Shown: positions 54,246 through 63,529 of the stretch, piece by piece
Numbering within the stretch: the first letter of the stretch is position 1
Layout: each line of letters begins with the position of its first letter
NCBI GenBank assembly: GCA_035352955.1
Contig: DAOPYQ010000002.1
Coordinates: 140,518-204,517 of the forward strand
DNA: 64,000 bases
Reading direction: 5' to 3'
Source: Candidatus Omnitrophota bacterium
GTDB taxonomy: Bacteria; Omnitrophota; Omnitrophia; Omnitrophales; Aquincolibacteriaceae
Position numbers and translations under genes: made by a program
The notes under the pieces: model-generated
The model's input: only the letters and a program-made list of their open reading frames with translations
The model's database searches: none
Told to the model about the DNA's origin: nothing

Positions 54246-55121
54246 ATGATGGAAGCATTCTGGGAAGCCTGGAACGAAACCCTCGCCATGATCCCATGGC
54301 TGGTGGGGATCTACGTCCTTCTCGAGATCGTCGAACGGAAGTACGAGCACTTGATCACGGGACGGCTCAGCAAAGCTTCCCGAGGCGGACCGCTCCTCGG
54401 CGCTCTGTTCGGTTGTATCCCGCAATGCGGTTTTTCAGTGATCGCCGCCGCCCTTTACGGACAACGCACGATCTCGCTCGGGACACTGCTCGCCGTCTTT
54501 CTCTCAACCTCCGACGAAGCCGTCCCGATCCTTATGACTCAATCCGCTCAATGGGGCATCGTCGTCCGGCTTTTACTGACAAAGGTTCTGATCGCCACGA
54601 TTGCCGGATACGCCATAGATTTCTTTCTCCGGAGTTCGTCCCGCGAAAAGAAAGCGGCCCTACATGATCCCGTGGTCTGCGAGTCCAGTCACAGCCACTG
54701 CTGCGGCCGCGATCATTCCTGCAAAGAAACCTGGTGGAAATCTTTTATTCTTTTCCCCCTGAAACATGCCTTTCAGGTCTTTCTTTTCATCCTCGTAGCC
54801 TCGTGGATCCTCAACGGGATCGTCCTTGTCGCCGGTCAGGAGCGACTGACCAACATTTTACTTGCTCATAATCCGTTTCAACCTATCATATCCGTACTTG
54901 TTGGCCTAATCCCCACCTGCGCGGCCTCGGTCACCATCACCGAGCTCTTTCTCAAAGGCGGGATCAGCTTTGGCTCGGCAGTCGCCGGCCTTTGCGCAGG
55001 GGCCGGCCTCGGCACTTTGGTCCTGATCCGGGAGAACAAAGATCACCGGGAGACCCTCAAGATCATCGGCCTCCTTGCGGGCATAAGTCTCCTGGCCGGT
55101 TTTATTCTCAATCTTTTCTAA
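54246..55121 (+). CDS. Cys-motif polytopic membrane permease (putative ArsP_2-like 10-TM heavy-metal exporter) with internal duplication
   Basis: Two repeats carrying GCIPQCGFSVIAAAL and GLIPTCAASVTITEL, plus a His/Cys-rich loop (HSHCCGRDHSC). Confidence 0.4.
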   Translation: MMEAFWEAWNETLAMIPWLVGIYVLLEIVERKYEHLITGRLSKASRGGPLLGALFGCIPQCGFSVIAAALYGQRTISLGTLLAVFLSTSDEAVPILMTQSAQWGIVVRLLLTKVLIATIAGYAIDFFLRSSSREKKAALHDPVVCESSHSHCCGRDHSCKETWWKSFILFPLKHAFQVFLFILVASWILNGIVLVAGQERLTNILLAHNPFQPIISVLVGLIPTCAASVTITELFLKGGISFGSAVAGLCAGAGLGTLVLIRENKDHRETLKIIGLLAGISLLAGFILNLF

Positions 55122-55141
55122 AAAATCACGGAATCCGCATT

Positions 55142-56062
55142 ATGGAACAGAAGCAAAAAGGCTCCGTTGTCGCTGCGGAGGGACATTCCCAACGGGAAAA
55201 ACAATGGGCCGCCAATAGCTCCGTCCTCGCGGCCGTCGGCCTGACCAGTTTCAAGATCATCGTCGGCATTTCGACCGGCAGCCTCGGTATTCTTGCGGAA
55301 GCTGCCCACTCCGCCCTTGATTTCGTGGCGGCCGCCATGACCGCCGTAGCCGTCAAAATTTCCGGCAAACCGGCAGACCCGGAACATCCGTACGGCCACG
55401 GAAAAGTTGAGAACCTTTCGGCCCTCTTTGAAACCCTCCTCCTTTTGATCACGTGTTTCTGGATCATTTCGAGCGCCGTCCGGCGTGTTTTCTCGGGAAA
55501 GGTCGAGATCGTCGTGAACCTCTGGTCGTTCCTCGTGATCTTCATTTCGATCGTGGTAGATATCTCGCGCTCCCGGATGCTTTCCAAAGCGGCTAAAAAG
55601 TACAACAGCCAGGCCCTCGAGGCGGACGCCCTGCATTTCGGCACGGACATCTGGAGTTCTCTCGTGGTTCTCGTGGGGCTCCTTTGCGTCAAACTGGGCG
55701 AATGGCTAAAAGGCTATGACTGGCTGAACTACGCGGATTCGGTGGCCGCGATCGGCGTCGGGCTGATCGTGATCGTGCTATGCGCCAAGCTGGGCATGGA
55801 AACGATCCATGCACTTCTGGATTCCGCGCCGAAAGGGCTGGACCAAAAGATCATCACCGCGGTGGAGGCCCTGCCCGCGGTCGTCGATTGCCACCATGTC
55901 CGTATCCGCCACTCCGGCCCGCAGATCTTCATCGATTTTCATGTCCTTCTGAATGGCGATCAAACCCTGCGAGACGCCCACAAACTTACGGAAGAGATCG
56001 AAGCGGTCGTGCGCGGCCTCGTACCGAACGCCGACGTCACGGTCCATCCCGAACCTGACTAA
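55142..56062 (+). CDS. Cation diffusion facilitator (CDF) family metal efflux transporter
   Basis: HSALDFVAAAMTAVAVK…HPYGHGKVENLSALFE CDF signature. Start taken at MEQKQKG. Confidence 0.8.
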   Translation: MEQKQKGSVVAAEGHSQREKQWAANSSVLAAVGLTSFKIIVGISTGSLGILAEAAHSALDFVAAAMTAVAVKISGKPADPEHPYGHGKVENLSALFETLLLLITCFWIISSAVRRVFSGKVEIVVNLWSFLVIFISIVVDISRSRMLSKAAKKYNSQALEADALHFGTDIWSSLVVLVGLLCVKLGEWLKGYDWLNYADSVAAIGVGLIVIVLCAKLGMETIHALLDSAPKGLDQKIITAVEALPAVVDCHHVRIRHSGPQIFIDFHVLLNGDQTLRDAHKLTEEIEAVVRGLVPNADVTVHPEPD

Positions 56063-56094
56063 CGCCAAAACACGAGACTCTTCAAAGAGATATC

Positions 56095-57372
56095 ATGAAT
56101 TTCTGGGCAAATCTTTTCTATAAGTACCGGCGCTGGTGGAAGGCCTTCAAGATGTACCTCATCCTTGCAGGCCCCGGTCTGATCGTCATGATCGCCGACA
56201 ATGACGCCGGTGGGATCACAACCTACGCCGCCACCGGTGCGAAGTACGGCTACCACCTTCTGTGGTTCCTCGTCATCCTTGGCCCCATCGCCTACTATGT
56301 CCAGGAAATGACGGTGCGGCTCGGCGCGGTCACAAAGCGTGGCCACGCGGAAGCTATCTTTTTCGCGTTCGGTTCTTTTTGGGGCTGGTTCTCGCTTCTC
56401 GATCTGATCCTGACCGACTGGCTCACGCTCATCACCGAATTCATCGGCATGACCGCGGCCATGAGCATCTTCCACGTCCCGGGTTGGCTCACTGTCACCG
56501 TAGTCTGCGGGATCATGGGATTCATGGTTTTGCAGGGACGCTATTGGACCTGGGAGAAGATCGCTATCCTTTTTTGCACCGTCAATCTGATCTACATCCC
56601 AGCCGCGTTCATGGTCCACCCCTCTGTGGGCAACGTCCTCAAGAACTGCGTGGTCCCCCACCTGCCTCCCGGAGGCTTTACGAACGAACTTTTCTTTTTA
56701 CTGATGGCCAACGTCGGGACCACGATCGCTCCCTGGATGGTCTTTTTCCAGCAAAGTGCCGTCGTCGACAAAGGCATGCAGGAAAAAGATATCGGGATGG
56801 GGCGGCTAGACACGGCCCTGGGCTCTCTTTTTACGATTTTAATCGCCACATTTGTGATTATCGTGACCGGAACGGTTCTCCGCGGAATGAACATTGAAAG
56901 TGCGGGGCAAGCGGCCATTGAGCTCATGAAAACCAACAAGTATCTCGGTACGTTCCTGGCGATCGGTCTTTTTGACGCAGGATTCCTCGGCGCAATCTGC
57001 ATTTCGCTGGCAAGTTCCTGGGCGTTCGGAGAGGTGTTCGGCTGGGCGCATTCCCTGAACAAGAACGTGAAGGAAGCCCCCTGGTTTTATGCGTTCTATT
57101 TCTTCGCCATTATTTCGGCGGGGGTCGTGGTCCTGATTCCCGGCGCACCGTTGGTCTTGATCACCCTCTTCGTCCAGGTGATCGCCGTCACCCTCCTTCC
57201 GGCCGCGCTTGTCTTTTTGATCATCCTCCTGAACGATGAAGCTTCCATGGGAAAATACAAAAATACGTTGTGGCAGAACATCATTAATATTACGATTGTG
57301 ACCGCGATCATCGCGCTGTCGACCGCGTACGGCATCAGCGCCCTTTTCCCGAACCTTTTCAAGGGGTCTTAA
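56095..57372 (+). CDS. mntH: NRAMP-family divalent metal (Mn2+/Fe2+) transporter
   Basis: GPGLIVMIADNDAGGITTYAATGAKYGYHLLW matches the NRAMP DPGN/consensus-transport motif region; ~11 TM helices. Confidence 0.8.
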   Translation: MNFWANLFYKYRRWWKAFKMYLILAGPGLIVMIADNDAGGITTYAATGAKYGYHLLWFLVILGPIAYYVQEMTVRLGAVTKRGHAEAIFFAFGSFWGWFSLLDLILTDWLTLITEFIGMTAAMSIFHVPGWLTVTVVCGIMGFMVLQGRYWTWEKIAILFCTVNLIYIPAAFMVHPSVGNVLKNCVVPHLPPGGFTNELFFLLMANVGTTIAPWMVFFQQSAVVDKGMQEKDIGMGRLDTALGSLFTILIATFVIIVTGTVLRGMNIESAGQAAIELMKTNKYLGTFLAIGLFDAGFLGAICISLASSWAFGEVFGWAHSLNKNVKEAPWFYAFYFFAIISAGVVVLIPGAPLVLITLFVQVIAVTLLPAALVFLIILLNDEASMGKYKNTLWQNIINITIVTAIIALSTAYGISALFPNLFKGS

Positions 57373-57375
57373 GCC

Positions 57376-57585
57376 ATGGGATCTTTCCTGTATGAATTTT
57401 TCATCAATGGGATCAAAAAATTCTTCGAAAACACTTTCGCCCAGATCGCAGAGATCAACCGGAAATACGCCGTCCCGCAGGTCAAAACCAACAAGTGGAC
57501 AAACTTCGCGCTTTTGATGCTTCGCGGTTATCTGATCTTGCTGATCGCAATCCTGTTTTTAAAATTCTTCACGCTTTTAAAGTAA
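57376..57585 (+). CDS. Small hypothetical membrane protein
   Basis: 69 aa with a C-terminal TM helix; starts 4 nt after the mntH stop. Confidence 0.3.
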   Translation: MGSFLYEFFINGIKKFFENTFAQIAEINRKYAVPQVKTNKWTNFALLMLRGYLILLIAILFLKFFTLLK

Positions 57586-57594
57586 GAGGCCTCC

Positions 57595-58944
57595 ATGAAC
57601 AGTTCCATTCCGTTGAGGGACGAACCCGAGCATGTTCATTTCCTAAGCGAGATCGTCGGGACTAAGGTCTTTTGGGGCGACCGGAAGATCGGCAAGCTAG
57701 CGGACTTTGTGATCGTCGACAAGGACAAGGTCGCCGAGGTCACGCATTTCTATATTGCCCGCCCGTTCGGCGACCCCTCCCTTCTGATCCCGTGGGAAAA
57801 GATCGAATCCATCACCTACAAGGGGATCCAGGTCGACATCGAGGATATGAAGAACTATGAGACCAATCCTCCGGAAGGCGCGATCCTCCTCAAGGATTAC
57901 ATCCTCGACAAGAAGGTCCTGGATATCGAAGGACGCGAGGTCGAGGTCGTTTACGACGTCCGGATGGTCCTGCGGAACAAAAAATTCTATATCAGTGGCG
58001 TGGATCTGAGCCGCTACGGTTTCCTGCGGCGGATCGGTCTGAAAGGATTCGCCAATTTCGTCCATTCGCTCGCCTTCAGCATCGGCGCGCGGAGTCTTTA
58101 TTCCGAACACATGAAAGGTTTCGCCAATTTCCTGTACGGTCTCGCCAATAAGGTGAAGGACCGCACGCTTCCCTGGACCTACATCCAGCCACTGCCGGAA
58201 CAGATCAGCAGTTTCAAAGGAGACGTCAAGCTGAAGGTCCTGAAGGAAAAACTCGCCGACATGCCTCCGGTGGACCTTGCCGATATCCTCGAGGAACTCG
58301 ACCACGATCAGCGTGTGACGCTTTTTGACCAATTGGATATGGAACACGCTTCGGACACACTCGAAGAGATCGATCCCAACGTCCAAAGAGCTCTCGTTTC
58401 TTCGATGAAAAAAGAGAAGGTCGCCCAGTTGATCAATGACATGACCCCGGGGCAGGCCGCCGATATTCTCTCCGCGCTTCCGCTTTCCGAAGCGCACGCG
58501 ATCCTGAAACTGCTCGACAAGGAACAATTCGAAAAAGTCAGTTCCATCGTGGAAAAACAGGACGAGAAAGCGCTGAATTACGCTACGATGGATATTCTAA
58601 AATTCCGGCCGGAGACCACCACGGCAGCGGCCCTGGACGAATATCAGAAGATCGCTAAGGGCAAGAATGTGATCATGTACCTCTATGTTGTCGATAGCGA
58701 CGACAGGATCCTGGGTATTATCGACCTCACGCAATTATTACTGGCTCAGGACAACACCCCGCTGAAAGACGTGATGATCGACCAGATCATCGCTTTGAAA
58801 CCCGACAGCACGCTGAAGGAAGCTTCGGCAATGTTCATCCGCTACGGGTTCCGCGCTCTTCCCATCATTGATGAGGACCGGAAAATCCTCGGCGTAGTTC
58901 CCTATCGCGACGTGATGAACCTGAAACACCGTTTCGTCGACTGA
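57595..58944 (+). CDS. Soluble PRC-barrel / MgtE-N domain / tandem CBS domain protein (MgtE-like regulatory module without the membrane domain)
   Basis: N-terminal PRC-barrel-like segment. MgtE_N region (…DLADILEELDHDQRVTLFDQL…AADILSALP…) and a C-terminal CBS pair (ILGIIDLTQLL…ILGVVPYRDV). Confidence 0.6.
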   Translation: MNSSIPLRDEPEHVHFLSEIVGTKVFWGDRKIGKLADFVIVDKDKVAEVTHFYIARPFGDPSLLIPWEKIESITYKGIQVDIEDMKNYETNPPEGAILLKDYILDKKVLDIEGREVEVVYDVRMVLRNKKFYISGVDLSRYGFLRRIGLKGFANFVHSLAFSIGARSLYSEHMKGFANFLYGLANKVKDRTLPWTYIQPLPEQISSFKGDVKLKVLKEKLADMPPVDLADILEELDHDQRVTLFDQLDMEHASDTLEEIDPNVQRALVSSMKKEKVAQLINDMTPGQAADILSALPLSEAHAILKLLDKEQFEKVSSIVEKQDEKALNYATMDILKFRPETTTAAALDEYQKIAKGKNVIMYLYVVDSDDRILGIIDLTQLLLAQDNTPLKDVMIDQIIALKPDSTLKEASAMFIRYGFRALPIIDEDRKILGVVPYRDVMNLKHRFVD

Positions 58945-59021
58945 CGCGCCGCTTTCAAAGTTCCTCTTTCCCCCGATTTAAGATACAATCTCCTCGCCTA
59001 TCCAACCTTGAGGAGATTTCT

Positions 59022-59294
59022 ATGGATCTGAAAGTATTTTTAGCGACACTCTCTGCTATTTTTTTCGCGGAACTCGCGGATAAAACCCAACTCGTCGGGA
59101 TCGCAATGTCCTCCAAGACGGGAAAACCGGTCTCGGTCTTCCTCGGCTCGATCGCCGGCTACGCGCTTGTCACATTGATCTCCGTCATTCTCGGTTCGGT
59201 GCTTGCGAAATACATCCGTCCGGAATGGATCCGCTATGCCGGCGCAACCGCATTTGTGGTCGTCGGCTTTTTAATGTTTTTCAACAAAATCTAA
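59022..59294 (+). CDS. UPF0016 (GDT1/TMEM165) family single-repeat membrane protein, putative Mn2+/Ca2+:H+ transporter
   Basis: ELADKTQL matches the E-x-G-D-(K/R)-(T/S) family motif; 3 TM helices; 90 aa. Confidence 0.65.
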   Translation: MDLKVFLATLSAIFFAELADKTQLVGIAMSSKTGKPVSVFLGSIAGYALVTLISVILGSVLAKYIRPEWIRYAGATAFVVVGFLMFFNKI

Positions 59295-59311
59295 CTCGAG
59301 AAAGGAGTACT

Positions 59312-59401
59312 CATGGCCAAGAAAGCAAAGAAAGCGCCCAAGAAGGCTAAAAAGGCGAAGAAATCCTCCAAAAAATCCAGTTGCGGTTGCTGCTGCCGCT
59401 A
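59312..59401 (+). CDS. Tiny Lys-rich peptide with Cys-rich tail (MAKKAKKAPKKAKKAKKSSKKSSCGCCCR, 29 aa)
   Basis: Strong RBS AAGGAG 6 nt upstream. Frame verified codon by codon. Too short to appear in the ORF track. Confidence 0.45.
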
Positions 59402-59414
59402 GATCCGAGAGTTT

Positions 59415-59570
59415 TATGAACGACCGCAACAAAAAAACAGAAACGAAAAAAGGTTTCTTTTCGAAGCTCATGGAAAAACTCGATAAGAGACTCGAAGAAA
59501 AATCGAAAAAGACCGGCTGTGGCTGCAAACCTAAGGGCCCTGAAGCAGGCGGGGATTCATGCTGCAACTA
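59415..59570 (+). CDS. Small basic peptide with CGC…CC tail (MNDRNKKTETKKGFFSKLMEKLDKRLEEKSKKTGCGCKPKGPEAGGDSCCN, 51 aa)
   Basis: Follows the first peptide after 13 nt. Its 3' end overlaps the start of the ArsP-like permease gene in another frame. Confidence 0.4.
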
Positions 59571-60521
59571 GCCGTCGACCGGTGGGTCTACGGGATCTTA
59601 CGGCTTCCGCCCGGAACAAAATGGGCGGAAGCCGTCGATTTTTTCATTTACGACTCGATCAAAATCCTCGTCCTTCTTTTCGTCATGATCGCAGCGATCG
59701 GCATCCTCCGCTCTTACCTTCCGCAGGAAAAGATCAAGGGATGGATCGGCGAAAAAAAGAACTGGGGGAATTTTTTCGCGTCACTTTTCGGAGCCGTCAC
59801 CCCGTTCTGTTCGTGCTCTTCGATCCCGCTCTTTCTGAGCTTCCTGAAAGCCGGCATTCCTCTCGGCATCACGTTCTCGTTCCTGATCACTTCCCCGCTC
59901 ATTAATGAATATCTCGTGGTCCTGATGCTCGGGTTCTTCGGCTGGAAGATCACCCTCGCCTATATCTTGAGCGGGATGGCGATCGGCATCGTCTGCGGGA
60001 TCATGCTTGGAAAAATGAACCTGGAAATCCACCTCGTGGAAGACCTGCTGCCGGGGAATTCCGAGGCCGCCCAAGGGCTCCCTCTCCGCGGGTTCAAAGA
60101 CCGGGTTGTGTTCGGCGTTCGCGAGGCGTCTTCCATCCTGAAAAAACTCTGGCTCTGGGTCCTCGCGGGCGTTGGGATCGGAGCGCTGATCCACAATTAC
60201 GTCCCGGCACAAACGATCCAGGGGATCATCGCTAAGACGGGATTTTTGTCGGTTCCCATCGCAACGATCATCGGCGTGCCGATGTATGGAAGTTGCGCCA
60301 CGATTGTCCCTATCGCGGTCGTGCTTTTCCAAAAAGGCGTCCCCCTCGGAACCGCACTTTCTTTCATGATGGCAGTTTCGGCGCTAAGCCTTCCCGAAGC
60401 GATCATGTTGCGCCGCGCTATGAAGTTGCCTTTGATCGCGATCTTTTTCGGGATCACAACGCTCGGCATTATTTTCACAGGCTATCTGATCAACTTTCTT
60501 CAGCCGGTGCTCGTCCGATGA
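59559..60521 (+). CDS. ArsP-like permease (DUF318 predicted permease with TPFCSCS motif)
   Basis: FGAVTPFCSCSSIPLF conserved Cys motif; 8-10 TM helices; 320 aa. Confidence 0.7.
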   Translation: MLQLAVDRWVYGILRLPPGTKWAEAVDFFIYDSIKILVLLFVMIAAIGILRSYLPQEKIKGWIGEKKNWGNFFASLFGAVTPFCSCSSIPLFLSFLKAGIPLGITFSFLITSPLINEYLVVLMLGFFGWKITLAYILSGMAIGIVCGIMLGKMNLEIHLVEDLLPGNSEAAQGLPLRGFKDRVVFGVREASSILKKLWLWVLAGVGIGALIHNYVPAQTIQGIIAKTGFLSVPIATIIGVPMYGSCATIVPIAVVLFQKGVPLGTALSFMMAVSALSLPEAIMLRRAMKLPLIAIFFGITTLGIIFTGYLINFLQPVLVR

Positions 60522-61240
60522 CAAACCATCGCATGACCCGTTGTCCCGTCCTCTTCGAAGACGAACATCTGATCGTGATCAATAAACCCGAAGGGGTCCT
60601 CTCTCATCCGAACCCGGGGCACCCGGGCGCTACTTCCGCGTTTGAAGGAAATTACGATCTAGCCGAACGAAAGTTTGAAATCCCCGGAAGTCCGCTCTGG
60701 CTCATCCACCGCTTGGACCAGGATACTTCGGGGATCCTTCTTGCCGCGAAGAACGGTAAGAGCGCCAAGATCTGCCGCGAGGCTTTTGAAAAACGGGAAG
60801 TGGAAAAAGATTATGTCGCACTGGTTTCAAGAAAACCGATGCCTCCGCAGGGGCAGTGGCGGGATTCGCTCGTCGAACGCCGGATGGGAAGCAGCGTCCG
60901 GACGGCCATCGGTCGATCCGGCCCCCCCAACGCATTTCTGACTTACAAGATGAAAGAGTTTTTTCCGAAGTTCAATCTCTCGCTCACCGAATTCAGGCTC
61001 GTGACCGGGAAAACGCACCAGATCCGCGTGCAATCGGTTTATCACGGCCATCCGATCGCCGGCGACCGGATCTACGGGAATTTCGGTTTAAACAAAGAAC
61101 TGCGGGACGCCCTCGGCCTGAAACGGCTCTTCCTCCACGCCTGGCGCCTTCTGATCAAACATCCCGCCAGCGGTCAACTCCTCGAGATCGAATCCCTGCT
61201 GCCCGACGATCTTGAAAATTGTTTTCTAAGGTTAAAATAA
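60518..61240 (+). CDS. RluA-family pseudouridine synthase
   Basis: HLIVINKPEGVLSHP, HRLDQDTSGILLAAK (catalytic Asp), and KTHQIRVQ. ATGA overlap with the permease stop. Confidence 0.7.
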   Translation: MTNHRMTRCPVLFEDEHLIVINKPEGVLSHPNPGHPGATSAFEGNYDLAERKFEIPGSPLWLIHRLDQDTSGILLAAKNGKSAKICREAFEKREVEKDYVALVSRKPMPPQGQWRDSLVERRMGSSVRTAIGRSGPPNAFLTYKMKEFFPKFNLSLTEFRLVTGKTHQIRVQSVYHGHPIAGDRIYGNFGLNKELRDALGLKRLFLHAWRLLIKHPASGQLLEIESLLPDDLENCFLRLK

Positions 61241-61293
61241 AAGACTCTGCCCCATTTTTCAAAAAATAAGCTCTAAGAGATCAGCCCAAGCAG

Positions 61294-61782
61294 CTATTCC
61301 ACGTCTTCCCAGCCGGTCGGAGAAGTGTGAAGTGTTCCTCCCCCGATCCTTCCCGGAAGATCTTCGCGCCACCAGTAATATTTAATCGCCGGAGCTCCGT
61401 TTTCCATAATCATGTCGATCCCGATTTTATGATTCCAGTCATTGGCCGGACTGCTCGCGGGATTAAATCCGAGTCCGAACCCGACCCAGGCCGCCGTCCC
61501 CTGCACATACCATCCGTAATAACTTCCCCCGGGAAAAGCATTGGAATAATTCACTTTAATATCGAGTTTGCTCAAATCCGGCGTGAACTCCCCATAGAGG
61601 GAAGCATACCGCGCTTCCGACCTCGCGATCACTCCGCAAATTTGCATAGCTTCGGCAAGCTTGGCCTTTTTCGTTTGCGCGAACATCCTCGGAAGGGTCA
61701 ATCCAGCGAGTACGGCGATGATGACCACGACGATCAGCACCTCAATAAGCGTAAATCCTCTCATCTTTCTCTTCCCTGTCAT
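61294..61782 (-). CDS. Prepilin-type N-terminal cleavage/methylation domain protein (type IV pilin / pseudopilin-like)
   Basis: MTGKRKMRG|FTLIEVLIVVVIIAVLAGL class III signal peptide. Confidence 0.7.
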   Translation of the reverse strand: MTGKRKMRGFTLIEVLIVVVIIAVLAGLTLPRMFAQTKKAKLAEAMQICGVIARSEARYASLYGEFTPDLSKLDIKVNYSNAFPGGSYYGWYVQGTAAWVGFGLGFNPASSPANDWNHKIGIDMIMENGAPAIKYYWWREDLPGRIGGGTLHTSPTGWEDVE

Positions 61783-61891
61783 AGCCCGCGGTCCTCGCCT
61801 CCTCACACAACATCCTTAGAAAGTAGTTTGAAACACTAGTATCCGCCTTTATTATCGTACTTTTATGGGAAAATCTTCTCGGGAGAATTCA

Positions 61892-63529
61892 ATGAAAATT
61901 CTGCTGCTCCAGCCGCCGGTCCGGGACTTTTATGATACGGACATCCGTCTCCAGCCGATCGGTTTGGCTTATCTGAAAGCTGCCGTCCAAAAGCATTTTC
62001 CGTCCATCGAGATCATAATCAAAGCCTACCACCACAGCCGCCACCGCAGAACGATCCCGCTCCCCAAAGAACTTTCTTATCTGAAAGACTTTTACGCAAA
62101 AGATGATAAAAGCCCGTTCTCTTCGTTCCATCATTTCTACCATTTCGGCACTGACTTTGAAACGATCGCAGAAGAGGTTGCGAAAGAAAAACCGGATCTC
62201 GTAGGGATCTCGGCTCTTTTTGCCCCGTATTACCGTGAAGCACTGGCATGCGCCGCTGCGATCAAGAAAAGATGGCCGGCCCCTGTCATCCTCGGCGGGT
62301 CTTTTGTCTCCACCCTGCCCGAGCTCATGCTATCGCATCCGGCGGTCGATTTCGTGATCCGAGGCGAAGGCGAACGGGCCTTTATTGAATTCCTCAAAGC
62401 TTTTAAGGCGCCTGGCACCCTTTCAAAGATTCCGAACTTGGGTTTCAAGAAGAACGGAAAAATGATTTTTAATCCTCTTGAAGAAACCTTCCCGCTCAAA
62501 GACCTCCCCTTCCCCGATCTGTCGGATCTTCCGAAAGAGGACTATCTTTTCGAACGCAAACCACTTTGTTTCATCATTACGTCACGCGGCTGCCCTTACC
62601 GCTGCTCTTTCTGCTCGGTCCGACAGACTTTCGGCCATCATTACCGCCGGCGTTCCACCGAAAACATCCTCGCGGAAATGACGCGGCGTTACGCGGAAGG
62701 ATACCGTGTTTTTGACTTTGAAGACGATAATTTCGCCTTCGACAAAAAAGAAACCCTGCGGCTTTGTGAAAAGATCGCGAAGGCCTTTCCTCTCAAGGAC
62801 GTCCAGCTCCTCGCGATGAATGGGATCTGTTACTGGACGCTCGACGATGAAATCCTGGAAGGGATGCGAAAGGCGGGGTTCACCCACTTGAATTTGTCGC
62901 TGGTTAGCACGAATGCGAAACTTTTGAAAACGGCGCGCCGGCCGCTCCACAAGAAAAAGTATCTGGCGGTCGTCCGGAAAGCCTCCGGACTCGGTTTCAA
63001 GATCGTTTCGTACCAGATCCTCGGCCTGCCGGGAGATACCGTACCCTCAATGATCAGAACGCTTGTCTTCAACGCCGGGCTGCCTATCCTTATAGGTGCA
63101 TCCCCCTTTTATCTGATCCCCTGTTCCCCCGTTGCGGAATCGTTCGGAGCACCGGATGAAACGGATCTTGTAAAAGCACGCCTCACGGCCATGGCGATCG
63201 AAACCCAAGCATTCACCCGTGACGATATTTACACGCTCTTCATTACGACCCGGATCCTGAACTTTCTGAAGGGTCTCCCGCTGAAAGCAACGAAAGTCCC
63301 GCTCAAAAAAGCCCTGGCCGCGGCGGAAAAACAGGATCCGCGCTCCTTCAAAGGAGCCGAAATCCTCCGCAAGTTGTTCTTAGAAAAGAAGTTCTACGCC
63401 GCAACTTCAAAAGGGTTCGAGGTCCTCCCGAAATTTAAACCGAAACTCTTCTTTCAATTGTGGCGCCAACTGGATAGCATCCAAACCCAAGAGAACAAAA
63501 CTATCCAAACCCGGGGAGGTGTTTTATGA
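61892..63529 (+). CDS. B12-binding-domain radical SAM enzyme
   Basis: N-terminal B12-binding-like MKILLLQPP…IGLAYL. CxxxCxxC (SRGCPYRCSFCS). Start taken at MKILLL (61892). ATGA overlap with downstream tspO. Confidence 0.7.
   Translation: MKILLLQPPVRDFYDTDIRLQPIGLAYLKAAVQKHFPSIEIIIKAYHHSRHRRTIPLPKELSYLKDFYAKDDKSPFSSFHHFYHFGTDFETIAEEVAKEKPDLVGISALFAPYYREALACAAAIKKRWPAPVILGGSFVSTLPELMLSHPAVDFVIRGEGERAFIEFLKAFKAPGTLSKIPNLGFKKNGKMIFNPLEETFPLKDLPFPDLSDLPKEDYLFERKPLCFIITSRGCPYRCSFCSVRQTFGHHYRRRSTENILAEMTRRYAEGYRVFDFEDDNFAFDKKETLRLCEKIAKAFPLKDVQLLAMNGICYWTLDDEILEGMRKAGFTHLNLSLVSTNAKLLKTARRPLHKKKYLAVVRKASGLGFKIVSYQILGLPGDTVPSMIRTLVFNAGLPILIGASPFYLIPCSPVAESFGAPDETDLVKARLTAMAIETQAFTRDDIYTLFITTRILNFLKGLPLKATKVPLKKALAAAEKQDPRSFKGAEILRKLFLEKKFYAATSKGFEVLPKFKPKLFFQLWRQLDSIQTQENKTIQTRGGVL

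Noticed and set aside
59312-63529. Interpretation of the Cys-tailed small peptides as RiPP precursors for the nearby B12-radical SAM enzyme
   Set aside because: The radical SAM gene is 2.3 kb away, separated by a permease, rluA and an opposite-strand pilin gene, and is instead coupled to tspO. There is no adjacent RiPP recognition element or peptidase, so metal or permease association is more parsimonious.
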